From Naegleria gruberi (Eukaryota), in assembly GCA_000004985.1 (NCBI GenBank), contig GG738861.1: a DNA stretch of 64,000 nt. One strand, given 5' to 3'. The translations under genes were made by a program, and so were the position numbers. The notes beneath the pieces were generated by a model. That model made no database searches. It saw only the letters and a list, made by a program, of their open reading frames with translations, and had not been told where the DNA came from. Each line of letters opens with the position of its first letter. Positions within the stretch are counted from its first letter, which is position 1. This document shows positions 1 through 10,275 of the stretch, piece after piece.

Positions 1-1526
1 CCAAAGTGAAATTAGAAAATGTTGTTTTACCTGACTCTCAAAAATCATTAATTGTTGACACTGTTGCCAATTATGAAAGATTCAAAAAAGCCAGATTACA
101 ATTAGGTTTTGAAGATATCATTTCGTACGGTAATTCAATTGTCATAATGTTCTACGGAGAATCTGGAACAGGAAAGACAATGATGGCAAATGCCTTAGCA
201 AATCATCTCAACCAAAAACTGCTGCTTGTTAATTTTTCCAACATGACTGAACAGAAGGGAGAAGTTATGAAATACGTATTTAGAGAATCAAAGATTAATA
301 ATGCCCTTCTCTTCTTTGATGAGTGTGAATCCTTTTTCGAATCTAGAAAACGATCAAACTCTGACGTTACAGCTCTACTCACAGAGATTGAAAAATTTGA
401 TGGCTTGATTATATTGGCCACCAACAAACAATATGAATTGGATGAAGCCATGCATAGGAGAATCACATTGGCCATTGAGTTTAAAGCTCCTGATCCATTG
501 TTGAGAAGGCAAATTTGGGAGAAGCACATACCTCCTCAAGCCAATTTCGCAAATGTAGATTGGGAAAGTCTTTCTCAAGATTTTGAACTCACTGGTGGCT
601 TGATTAAGAATGCAATTTTGAGTGCTCTCACTTTTGCCATTTCAAGAGACTCTGAAAATCCTGTCATTACTCATAATGACCTCGTAAAAGCATGTCAATT
701 ACAACTAAAGGGTCATCTCAAAATGGGAGAATTCGAAAAGAAGATTATTCCAAAAAGAGGACTACCAGATCTCATTCTTTCAGAGAGCTTGAAAAATCAA
801 GTTAAGGAAGTTATTCAATTTGAAAAGTCTAGGAAAATTTTGTTCAATTTATGGGGATTTGACTCTTCTCTGTTTAAAAAGCAGGGTACAACTTGTTTAA
901 TTGTTGGACATGGAACAGGAATTGGAAAATCACTTTGTGCTGAGGTTATTTCTTATGAAATTGGAAAGGCCATGAAAGTTGTTGATATTAATGAATTATT
1001 GACCAAATACAGCTTCCACACAACCAAGAATGTTGAAGCCCTCTTTAAAGAATGTAAAGAGCTCGATGCAATTCTTGTATTGGAAATGAGCACAGATGAT
1101 TCCTCAGGCAATCAATTTGACAAGTCAATCAAAATTTTATTGAATCACTTGGAACACTACGAAGGTGCTGTCATTGTCATTACATCCTCACTTACTTGCC
1201 TCGATAGTTCATTAATAAGAAGATTTAAATTTGTCTTGAACTTACCTTCGCCATCCCTCACTGAGAGAAAACAAATGTGGCAAAGACTCATTCCAGAAAA
1301 AGTGCCAAAGAACATTACCATGGAAGAATATGATGAATTGGCAGAACACTACTCTGAATTTTCTGGTGGAAATATTGAAAATTGCATCTTTAGGGCTTGT
1401 TCTAGAACTGCATTTTCCTCAAATCCAAATCTTTCTTTTAAATTGTTGAGAGAAAGTGCTGAGGAAGAATTGAAAAATTGTGGCTTGTTTATTAGTCAAG
1501 CAGCTAAATCATCTCTGTATTTTTAA
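1..1526 (+). CDS. AAA+ ATPase with two tandem AAA modules; 5'-partial (frame is open to the window edge, and the track 'M' at position 6 is a GTG)
   Basis: Module 1 has Walker A GESGTGKT and Walker B LLFFDECE. Module 2 has Walker A GHGTGIGKS and Walker B-like ILVLEMSTDD. The reading frame is open to position 1. Stop TAA at 1524-1526. Confidence 0.8.
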   Translation, partial: KVKLENVVLPDSQKSLIVDTVANYERFKKARLQLGFEDIISYGNSIVIMFYGESGTGKTMMANALANHLNQKLLLVNFSNMTEQKGEVMKYVFRESKINNALLFFDECESFFESRKRSNSDVTALLTEIEKFDGLIILATNKQYELDEAMHRRITLAIEFKAPDPLLRRQIWEKHIPPQANFANVDWESLSQDFELTGGLIKNAILSALTFAISRDSENPVITHNDLVKACQLQLKGHLKMGEFEKKIIPKRGLPDLILSESLKNQVKEVIQFEKSRKILFNLWGFDSSLFKKQGTTCLIVGHGTGIGKSLCAEVISYEIGKAMKVVDINELLTKYSFHTTKNVEALFKECKELDAILVLEMSTDDSSGNQFDKSIKILLNHLEHYEGAVIVITSSLTCLDSSLIRRFKFVLNLPSPSLTERKQMWQRLIPEKVPKNITMEEYDELAEHYSEFSGGNIENCIFRACSRTAFSSNPNLSFKLLRESAEEELKNCGLFISQAAKSSLYF

Positions 1527-1949
1527 ATGTAGATAATACATATTGGTAAATGCAAGATATTTATTGATTCAGTTTTTTGTAAAGCTCAATACAACGATTC
1601 TTAGAAAGATTCTTTTTTGCATTGGATTTACTAGAATGTAGAGTATTAATCAGAACTTTTAAGAGACCTCTCAGCAATTTTTGCTGTTAGTTTCCAATTC
1701 TCCATTCTTGGACCTTCTTTTGGAAGGATTCTTGATTTTGCAAAGTTTCGGATACAAGTTTTGTGTTGAAGAGAAATATCCACACGAAACAATAGAAAAA
1801 AACTTCTCACATTCTTCTACCATTCTCTAGGTATTTGTCACTTCTTTCAATTTTATCGAGTAGAAAGAGTTGCACACTAAACTTGTAATCCAATTTCCAA
1901 TTTTGAACCCGAGTAAGAAGTTTCACACAATTTTATTCGAAACAAGAAA

Positions 1950-4113
1950 ATGATGACCAATCACACCAGCAAGAAGGATGAATCATCCATTGTGTTTAGT
2001 GGATTCCTTCAACAGAAAGAGGGAAGTTTATTTAATCGATGGAAAAAGTAAGTAATAGCATTGCATTGTTTTTAACATTGTTGACGAATTGATTGGACGA
2101 AATGTGTAATATAGATATTGGTTTGTGTTGACAAAAGATGGAAAATTATTCAAATTTAAAAAACAAACAGAAAAGTTTACTCTCAATTGGAATGATAGTT
2201 CTCATCAACCAATTCAAGAATACATTCTCTCTCCGAATGATGATGTGGAAAATCAAAAATGTGAAATTCAAAGTGCAAAGAATATTTGTGGAAAGAATTA
2301 TAGTATGGCATTGACACTCTTCAATGGCAAGACCAATAATTCAATTCTATTAATGTTAATTGCTGAAAATCAATTGGAATATGAAGAGTGGTTTAATGTA
2401 TTTTACAAAATGATTCATTCTTCGGAAAATTCAAATTCAAATTCTCAACAAGTTAATCAAGTTGATAAGGAATATGAACAAATGAATGGGTTATTGAATG
2501 CAATTTTGGATGCTGCTGTCATTTCTGATACTTTGGGAACTATGTTAGCTGTCAATGAATCCATGACAAGTGTTTTTGGATATACGAAAGAGGAAATGAT
2601 TGGACAAAATGTTAAAATACTAATGCCATCTCATTTGGCAAGAATACACGATGAATATTTGCAAAGATATCTGAGGAGAAGAGATAAGAGATTAATTGGA
2701 AAATCTAGAAATGTTTTGGGAAAGAAATCTAATGGTGTGACATTTCCAGTTGAGATTTCACTTGGAGAAATGTCAAATACCTCAATGGAATCTATGAAAC
2801 CAGCTTATATTGCTGTGTTTAGAAGCAAGACATTCGAATCTTCTTTGGAAGAAAAGGAGCCAACCATGCACAAGTCATGGACAGTAGCTGCATTCCAAGA
2901 TGAAGATGAAAAGTCAACCGATTCAGAATCCAGTCAATCCAGTCAATCAAATTCATCTTGTTCCAATATTGCAGATGATCATACCTATTTGGATTATGAC
3001 GATCCAGATGTGCCCTATCAGCATCATGTCCAACAAGATTCTTGGCTTAATCATAGAACTTCTCTCAACTTGCAATTCGGCCACTTGATGAATCAACATC
3101 CTCAACAGCAGCAGCAGCATTGGTATCATGCAGAGAATCATTCACCACTCTCTAGTAGCCCCTCTTCTAATACTTCCTCAACCAGTTCAGTAACAAGCAA
3201 TGAAGATGTCTCTGATCCATTCCACGTATCTGGCATGGCTAGTAGTAATATGATATTGAAGAATTTACAATTTTCTGACTTTTCCAATTATGAATTGCAA
3301 CAAAATTTGACTAGAATAAGACTGAATAAGAAGAGGATGAAACAACAGGGAGATCATTTGAAGAGTTTGATGGATGAAATTCTCAATAGTGAATTTTCCT
3401 CTCTTCGAGTGAAGCTCATGCTCATGAAACATCAAGTCCAAGTGTTGGAAGAGGAAAATCAAGTTTTACAAAAACAAATGGACAATCAATATGAAACTTT
3501 ATTGATGAAAGAGCTAGAGTCGGGAATTTTAGAGAATGGTAATCCAGACAGCTATTTTTGGAAGAAACTAATCAAGGATAAGAATGTGTTTGAAGAATTG
3601 AAACGAATTGCGAAAGAGGAAAGACAATTGAGTCTGATTCAATTCCTGAGCAGAAGCATCAAATATGAAGAAGTATTCTCCGTTCAAAATTCCTCCAAAG
3701 AAGAACAGAAAAGTGTTCAAAGATTTATGAGAAATGAAGCAGAGGCCATTTGTGAAAAATTCTTTGGTATAAAGCCAGTTATAGACAATCAAGAGGCAGA
3801 TCAACACCACTCAATGATGCACTCTCAGTCCATGTCCACCATTGATGAATCTGAAAATGGTGGCCACAACAGTGGTAATAACAAATCTCATTCATCACGC
3901 AAACAAAGCATCATTCCAATTGCTCGCATCATGCTCTCCTCCAAGTGTGAAGACATTCTCAAATCCCACCTCCTATTCCCAACTCCCCAAATGTTCGATA
4001 TGGCTAACAGGGAAATTACTGAGCGATTGAAAAAAAAGACCTTTCAACAATATCTCATCACGGCCAAACAGGACCAACTCCAGATGGACAATCTCATTGA
4101 TACAATCCTCTGA
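1950..4113 (+). CDS. PH-domain + PAS-domain protein with a Q/S-rich linker and C-terminal coiled coil. Two exons: 1950..2047 and 2115..4113; the 67-nt intron is 2048..2114
   Basis: ATG at 1950. Exon 1 encodes MMTNHTSKKDESSIVFSGFLQQKEGSLFNRWKK. GTAAGT donor at 2048 and ATAG acceptor ending at 2114. The phase-2 splice restores ...KYWFVLTKDGKLFKFKK, a classic PH-domain start. The PAS core is NAILDAAVISDTLGTMLAVNESMTSVFGYTKEEMIGQNVKILMP...GVTFPVEISL. Confidence 0.75.
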
Positions 4114-4218
4114 GGGAGTCAAGAGCCATGAATCACTCAAACTCACACATTTCTGAACGTTACTGCTTGCTCTCTCTCATACACACATGACAAAGACCAA
4201 CGTTGTCTGCATTTACTG

Positions 4219-4234
4219 CACACACACACACACA
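4219..4234. repeat. (CA)8 dinucleotide microsatellite
   Basis: cacacacacacacaca read directly at 4219-4234, in the 5' leader of the gene starting at 4286. Confidence 0.9.
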
Positions 4235-4285
4235 GAAGAAGTAGTTGCAGTTGTTCGTAAGGAATTTTTTCATCTTTTGAAAAAA

Positions 4286-5380
4286 ATGAGTGTCTTTTCC
4301 TCAACACCACCCTTAATGGGGGCGACCTCAACAGTTGAGAAACCTCAAGAAGAGTTATCACTGATAGAGTTTATAGAGTCGGATGAGAGTTTGGATGCAG
4401 ATTTGGGAGAGATGGATCCATTGCTAGTAATTGATTTTCTTGTGGAACAAAATAAAAAGCTTTGGAATGAAAAGATAAAGTTTGAGAATGTAAGTCTTTT
4501 TAAATGTTATTGATGATGTATTGATTATTTATGTAATGAATTCGATAATTTCGGATCACAATAGTATGCCCTCTCTTTGAATCACTCTTTGGAGACTTCC
4601 GAACAAAAGTTGAAAAAGTTAGGAAGATACAAGAAGGCTCTCCTTCAAGAACAAGAAGAAAAGGAAAAGTACAAGAACAAATGTGAGGACCTCGAGAAGG
4701 ATTTGAAAAAGAATTCCTCAATGAGAGAAGCCTCAACAAATTCACTCTCCCTATCAGTGGAACAATTGCAAAGTACCGTTGCTCAATTACAATTAAAAGC
4801 ACAGCAGTCGGAGAGTGAACGAAGGAAGATTTCATTGTTTGCTGCTAAAGCAAAAACAAAAATTAAGGAAGTCAAGCTTGATCATAAGAATTTGAAAACT
4901 GATGTTAAAATGGTTACTAATCGATTCCTTGATGATTTCCAATCTCTTTCGACTCAATTACAAAAGCAAGTTAGTACACATTGCGAACTTGCTGAGGATC
5001 AATACTATAAGTTGGAACAAAAGTTCAGTAACTTTATGAAAGACAGCGAAGATCAAGTTAGAGAAACTGCTGGTTACCTCTTGAAGGTTGGTAAGACTGT
5101 TAAATCTTGGAAGAGAAGATGGTTTGTCTTTAGAAGAGATTTAACATTTAGTTATTTCAAAACTGTAGAAGATGTTAAACCATTAGACACTGTTGATGTA
5201 TCTATGGAAGATTCATTGGATGTTTCTGCTGATATTTCTCAAGGAAAACCATTTGCATTCAAGCTTGTAACCACAAATCGAACATATTTCCTCTGTGCCA
5301 CTAATGAGGACGAAAAGAGAAGGTGGATCTCAGTATTAAGGAGATGGTTCGAAGTTAATAAGTCTTACTTGGACAAATAA
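4286..5380 (+). CDS. Coiled-coil protein with C-terminal PH domain. Two exons: 4286..4489 and 4565..5380; the 75-nt intron is 4490..4564
   Basis: ATG at 4286. GTAAGT donor at 4490 and ATAG acceptor ending at 4564; the splice is phase 0 and in frame. The C-terminus reads GYLLKVGKTVKSWKRRWFVFRRDLTFSYFK...FAFKLVTTNRTYFLCATNEDEKRRWISVL, a PH-domain signature. A (CA)8 repeat lies in the 5' leader. Confidence 0.7.
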
Positions 5381-6129
5381 GAAAATTGTAGCTATTTCAA
5401 TAATATTCTCAACGCACTCCACATTTTGTAAATAAATCCATTATTACTTCACTGCGATTCATAGCTTCGGTTGCTGAAGAATCAATTGTTTAAAAGCTAT
5501 TTCTATTATTGTTCCTGATCCATTTCTACTGTTTTTAATGGCTATTCTATGGTCATTGCTGTTTAGTTTGATTTGAGAATCCATCATGGAGAATGCAAGT
5601 AGTTCAGCAGGTACGGAAATTGATACGCACATTCAATTGACTGAATATAAAACTGCTCGCAAATCTCTTTAAAAAATCCTTACTAACATAGTCATACACA
5701 TTCAACGATCCTTTTCAACAACAACGTTTCATCTCAAATTCTGAAAAACGCCAAATAACATCAATTTGAACTGTTTATCATCATCAGAATAAGACCACGG
5801 TGATCATCCTTCTTTTCTAACACTAAAAAAAAGAATCATCTTGGCTGTTTGATATTCATTTCCGTCCATCGCAACTTCCAAAAAAAGTTTCATAGACTAA
5901 AAAACCATTCAGCACACAGGACTCCATCATCATCACAACAACAAACCATCATCCTGTGTTTTGTCAAACAACGAGCGATATTGCATCGAAAGTTTATTCT
6001 TTAGAATATTTAAACCTCCTCTCTCTCAAATACAAAAGAGATTGCAAAAAACGACATTATAGACAAGTGTGTTATATTGTCCTACTCTATCAGTAGATAA
6101 TAATAATACAATTTAGATAAGATATCATC

Positions 6130-8496
6130 ATGATGAATAGTACAACATCAACAACAACAACAAGCTCTCTGGGTGAATATTCGGAGCAAAAATCCACTAC
6201 TACTAACCATCATCATCACTCCATTCCCTTCTCAATGCCAAATATTGTGAATAATACCTTCCATACTAATTTTGAAGCTTCTCTGTTACCTTTTACTTTT
6301 GCTCCTCCCCCAAGTAGATTCTTCTCTTTGCTTCATCATGATTCTGATGATGATCGTCGTCACCATCCCTATGAAGATAATCAGTATAACCAAAAACCAT
6401 CAAAAGTAATTATAACCAATAATAATGCAAGTGTTCATCAACAACAGACAATTGCAAACAACAATACTACTACTACTACTAATAGTGGTTGTTCAAATTG
6501 TTCCTCCTCATCCTCACATTCATGTTCTAACAATTTGCAGCAACAACAACAACAGCAATTATCATCATCAGTTAGTAACAATGTTTTTGTTCCTAACCAA
6601 TGCTCTTCCTCCTATAATTATAATTCATCGACATGTAACAATAATTCGGATAGTATTAGTAGTCAAAGAAAACGATCATCATCCTCAGCCAGTAATAAGA
6701 CTAATACCTCCTCTACCACAACAAAATCCCAACAAGAACAAATTGTAAATAAGAATCAGGAATTACTCGACGCTCCTGCTAGTGTACTCTTGTTGGAGCC
6801 TCCTTCATTATCTACCATTATTGACGATCATCACCCAACCATTCCAACCTCTGCCTATTACTTGAAGAAACAAGAAGAAGAAGAATATGGACCAAATAAT
6901 AATCCATCACTGCTGACTACTTCTCCAAAACATGCTCTTGATTTCAAGAAGAGAAGTTTCTCGCATGAAGCTGAAGAAATTAGTGTTGAAAATTGTGATG
7001 AGAGTGTTTGTTTAACGTGTGGATGCGAAGAGGATAAGGTTGAAGCCGAATTGAGATTACAAGATAAATTGGAGAGAAAAAGTCACAAGAGACGTATGGA
7101 AGGAAGTGATGAGGATGAACAAATGTCAGACGATAATACTTCTTCAACCACTGATAATTCTACCAAGAAGAGAAAAATGTTGTCAAAAGTGGAAAATTTG
7201 GAAGCACTGTCAAGTGTTTTACATCAACTAGAGCCAGATTGTGTTTTACATATTTTCGAATTTTTGAGTTTTTCTGGTAAGGACTATTGGTTTACTGATA
7301 TCAGAAATATGTATGGTAGATTTAGGTATAATAACCAAATTCTGCCATTATTCAAATTTGTTACAATTGAGCAACATAGTCCTTTAACTCTAGATGAAAC
7401 TAATAACCATGGAGCAATTAATTGCAACATCCAAAGCCTTACAATAGAAAGAAGAACAAACCAACCATTGGAATGTGAAACTGGTTATCTGAAAAAGCTT
7501 GGAAATGCTCTTAAAACATTTATTTATTACAACAGAAGTACTAATTTATCTAAAAATGTCTCTAATCTTGCCATCTCAATGATGTCTGACGAACAGAATG
7601 GAAAACCTAATCAAACTGATGTAATGGGTTATCTGTCCTCGGAAGATGAAGTTGATTTATCAAGCTTTGAGCTTATCGAAGACGAGAATAGTCACGTTAT
7701 TGGTTTGAAGAGAAGAGCTCGATCTGAGGGATCTTGCTTTTTGAGAGAAGTTTATAGAAATTGTAGAGTTTTGGAAAAACTGAAGATTGTCGATATTAAG
7801 GGATACGTTCCTTTCAAAGTATCCATGAGACCTGGAACTAATAGACCAGTCGATTGTTTAGCATTCACCAATACTCTTACGAAGATAAGATTGTATAATT
7901 GTATGCTTCCTAATCACACTTTGCAAGCTATATCTAAAATGGTCAATTTGAAGAGTTTGCACTTTGAAAAGATATTTGTGAGTGATCCAAATCAATATGA
8001 TGTACTATTGAAATTGCGTAATTTGGAAGTTTTGAAGATTGAAGTCTCTGAACTCCCACTAACAGTATTGAGAAACCTTCCTACTAGTTTGTCCAAGTTA
8101 ACAAAACTCTATATTAATGTCCTTTCTAATGGTAGCTTCGATGAGAATCTCAGAGTTGATCAGTTAAAGGAACTCAGATACCTGGCGTTGGTGAGCCACT
8201 TTAAAGTTGACTTATTGTCAATAATGAGAAATTGTCAAAAGTTGAAACATTTACATTTAGGATTTGATGTTTGCTTTAATCACATATTCCCTAATGAAAG
8301 ACTTGCTAGCTGTATTTTGAGAAATGTCTTCATTTCTCCAGACAGATCCAAAGTACTCATCCAAAACAACACCCTAGTCAACTTACAACTTTCCCCAGCA
8401 AGTATCAGAGCCGCACAAAAAGAGCTTACCTTTATCAAACAACAACGACAAGCCCTTGGTAAACCAACTCTTTCCATAACAGAGTTTTCACAGTAA
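6130..8496 (+). CDS. F-box-like / leucine-rich-repeat protein with a long N/S/T/Q-rich low-complexity N-terminus
   Basis: ATG at 6130. F-box-like motif LEPDCVLHIFEFLSFSGKDYW. The C-terminal half has LRR-like periodicity (LKSLHFEKIFVSD...LRNLEVLKIEVSELPLTVLRNLPTSLSKLTKLYINV...). Confidence 0.6.
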   Translation: MMNSTTSTTTTSSLGEYSEQKSTTTNHHHHSIPFSMPNIVNNTFHTNFEASLLPFTFAPPPSRFFSLLHHDSDDDRRHHPYEDNQYNQKPSKVIITNNNASVHQQQTIANNNTTTTTNSGCSNCSSSSSHSCSNNLQQQQQQQLSSSVSNNVFVPNQCSSSYNYNSSTCNNNSDSISSQRKRSSSSASNKTNTSSTTTKSQQEQIVNKNQELLDAPASVLLLEPPSLSTIIDDHHPTIPTSAYYLKKQEEEEYGPNNNPSLLTTSPKHALDFKKRSFSHEAEEISVENCDESVCLTCGCEEDKVEAELRLQDKLERKSHKRRMEGSDEDEQMSDDNTSSTTDNSTKKRKMLSKVENLEALSSVLHQLEPDCVLHIFEFLSFSGKDYWFTDIRNMYGRFRYNNQILPLFKFVTIEQHSPLTLDETNNHGAINCNIQSLTIERRTNQPLECETGYLKKLGNALKTFIYYNRSTNLSKNVSNLAISMMSDEQNGKPNQTDVMGYLSSEDEVDLSSFELIEDENSHVIGLKRRARSEGSCFLREVYRNCRVLEKLKIVDIKGYVPFKVSMRPGTNRPVDCLAFTNTLTKIRLYNCMLPNHTLQAISKMVNLKSLHFEKIFVSDPNQYDVLLKLRNLEVLKIEVSELPLTVLRNLPTSLSKLTKLYINVLSNGSFDENLRVDQLKELRYLALVSHFKVDLLSIMRNCQKLKHLHLGFDVCFNHIFPNERLASCILRNVFISPDRSKVLIQNNTLVNLQLSPASIRAAQKELTFIKQQRQALGKPTLSITEFSQ

Positions 8497-8606
8497 TAAA
8501 CCATAAGCTTCTTATGAATCTAAATTGAACTATACTGTTTTCGAATTGAATAGTATTCACTTCACCTTCAATTACAATAAGAAAAAAATTCTGCAACTCC
8601 ACAAGC

Positions 8607-10184
8607 ATGAAGAGAGTCTATCCATTTGGCGACGAAGAAATTACTCGAACACAACAGCAAAGAAATCTTCAACAGCAGGAAAAATCAACTGCCAATGATT
8701 CAGGTTGTTGTTGTGTTGAGAATCAAACTGTGAAACGACAAAAACAATCGGCCTTCTTTCCAATCACTCAAAACTTTGTGAACATTCCCGATGATGTGCT
8801 AACACATGTATTCTTGCATTTCTTTGATATTTATTGGTTGTTTTCTGTGGGAAGATTGATATGTAAGGAGTGGAATGAACTGATCACCAAACAGATGGAT
8901 CGACTCGAGTTGGATTTGTGTTTCTCTGGTGATGAAATTTCAGAATCATTTGTTGATTGTGTGAAGAGTGGATCATTCTCTTGTTGTGTCTCTGATTTGA
9001 CCTTGTTACAAATTGAGGAGCCAGTCTATGTGATTAATCATCGTAATAGAAAAGCTAAGGATTTCAAGGATGTGATGAGGGGAGAAATTAATAGACAAAC
9101 AAAAAAGATTTCAACTGTTGCCTTGGTCTATTATTTCAATAATGTGGAATATTTGAATTTGAGATCGAATAGGATTGGAGTGGATGGAGCTTCAATGATG
9201 GGAAGTTTTACTTTGAAAAAATTGCAGGTTTTGGATTTGAGTGGTTCACACGAAGCTCCAAATATTGGAAAGGAAGGTTTTTTACAATTGACTAGTAACA
9301 TGGATTGGTCAAATTTTCCCAATTTGACAAGATTATCATTAGCTCAGAATAGATTGGATGCAGAAAGTATGATTTCATTGATTGCGTGTGAGACATTCCC
9401 ACGACTGAAAGCTCTGGATCTATTTGGAAACAAACTCGACAATGATGCAATCGAATGGTTGGTGGCTTCAGAAAGAGTTTTATCAAATTTGACCGAATTG
9501 AATATTGGTTACAATGAATATTTTGAGGAGGCAACCCATTTTATTGCCAACTGCCCATTCCTTAAAAATCTTGTCATTTTAAATATGGCAGGGAAGGTTT
9601 CATATCGTCATGGAGCTAAAAGTATTGGTGATAATGGTGTGAATACACTATTCAATTCAGATTATTTGGAAAATTTGACAAGTATTAATTTGAGTAATAA
9701 CAATGTGAGTGATGAGGGAGCAAAGAATATCTACAAATCAAACAAACTCAAGAATTTAACAAAGATCAATTTGAATAGTAATGTATTAACCTCAAGAGGA
9801 GCATCCTATTTGGCTCAGTCAAAATGCTTGGAAAAATTGAATTTTCTATTCCTTTCGTTTAATATGATTGAATCTTATGGGTGTAAGGTCATTTGTCAAC
9901 ATTTGAAGAATTTGAAAGAACTTTATTTAAGAGGGAATAGAATTCACAATTTGGGAGCTAAAGAAATATCTGAGAGTGTAAACTTGAAAAATATTGAAAT
10001 TCTTGATATTTCACTTAATAGATTTGGAGTTGAGGGTCTTCTACATCTTTCAACAAGCAAAATCTTGCCATCTGAAATTAAAACAGAATTTCAAGATCGT
10101 CTTTCCTTAATCTCTGGCGAATTTGTGGAAGACATTTACTCGGTAGAAGAAGAAAACCCCTCCATCATTGAAATTGAACATTAG
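8607..10184 (+). CDS. F-box protein with RNI-type leucine-rich repeats
   Basis: ATG at 8607. Strong F-box: NIPDDVLTHVFLHFFDIYWLFSVGRLICKEWNELI. About 12 RNI-like LRR units follow (LNLRSNRIGVDGASMM, LSLAQNRLDAESMISL, INLSNNNVSDEGAKNI, LYLRGNRIHNLGAKEIS, LDISLNRFGVEGLLHL). Confidence 0.75.
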   Translation: MKRVYPFGDEEITRTQQQRNLQQQEKSTANDSGCCCVENQTVKRQKQSAFFPITQNFVNIPDDVLTHVFLHFFDIYWLFSVGRLICKEWNELITKQMDRLELDLCFSGDEISESFVDCVKSGSFSCCVSDLTLLQIEEPVYVINHRNRKAKDFKDVMRGEINRQTKKISTVALVYYFNNVEYLNLRSNRIGVDGASMMGSFTLKKLQVLDLSGSHEAPNIGKEGFLQLTSNMDWSNFPNLTRLSLAQNRLDAESMISLIACETFPRLKALDLFGNKLDNDAIEWLVASERVLSNLTELNIGYNEYFEEATHFIANCPFLKNLVILNMAGKVSYRHGAKSIGDNGVNTLFNSDYLENLTSINLSNNNVSDEGAKNIYKSNKLKNLTKINLNSNVLTSRGASYLAQSKCLEKLNFLFLSFNMIESYGCKVICQHLKNLKELYLRGNRIHNLGAKEISESVNLKNIEILDISLNRFGVEGLLHLSTSKILPSEIKTEFQDRLSLISGEFVEDIYSVEEENPSIIEIEH

Positions 10185-10275
10185 AAAGAGAAACATTACT
10201 TTTCTGTGCCTGATTCATTTGTACGAAATGTTAACTTCGGATTGAGAAGTTGCGGCCATTCACCATACTCAAAAA

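Noticed and set aside
2900-3462. Nested small ORFs inside large genes (this range and many others throughout the track)
   Set aside because: Alternate-frame or antisense ORFs under 110 aa embedded in well-supported long CDSs. Typical low-complexity artefacts.
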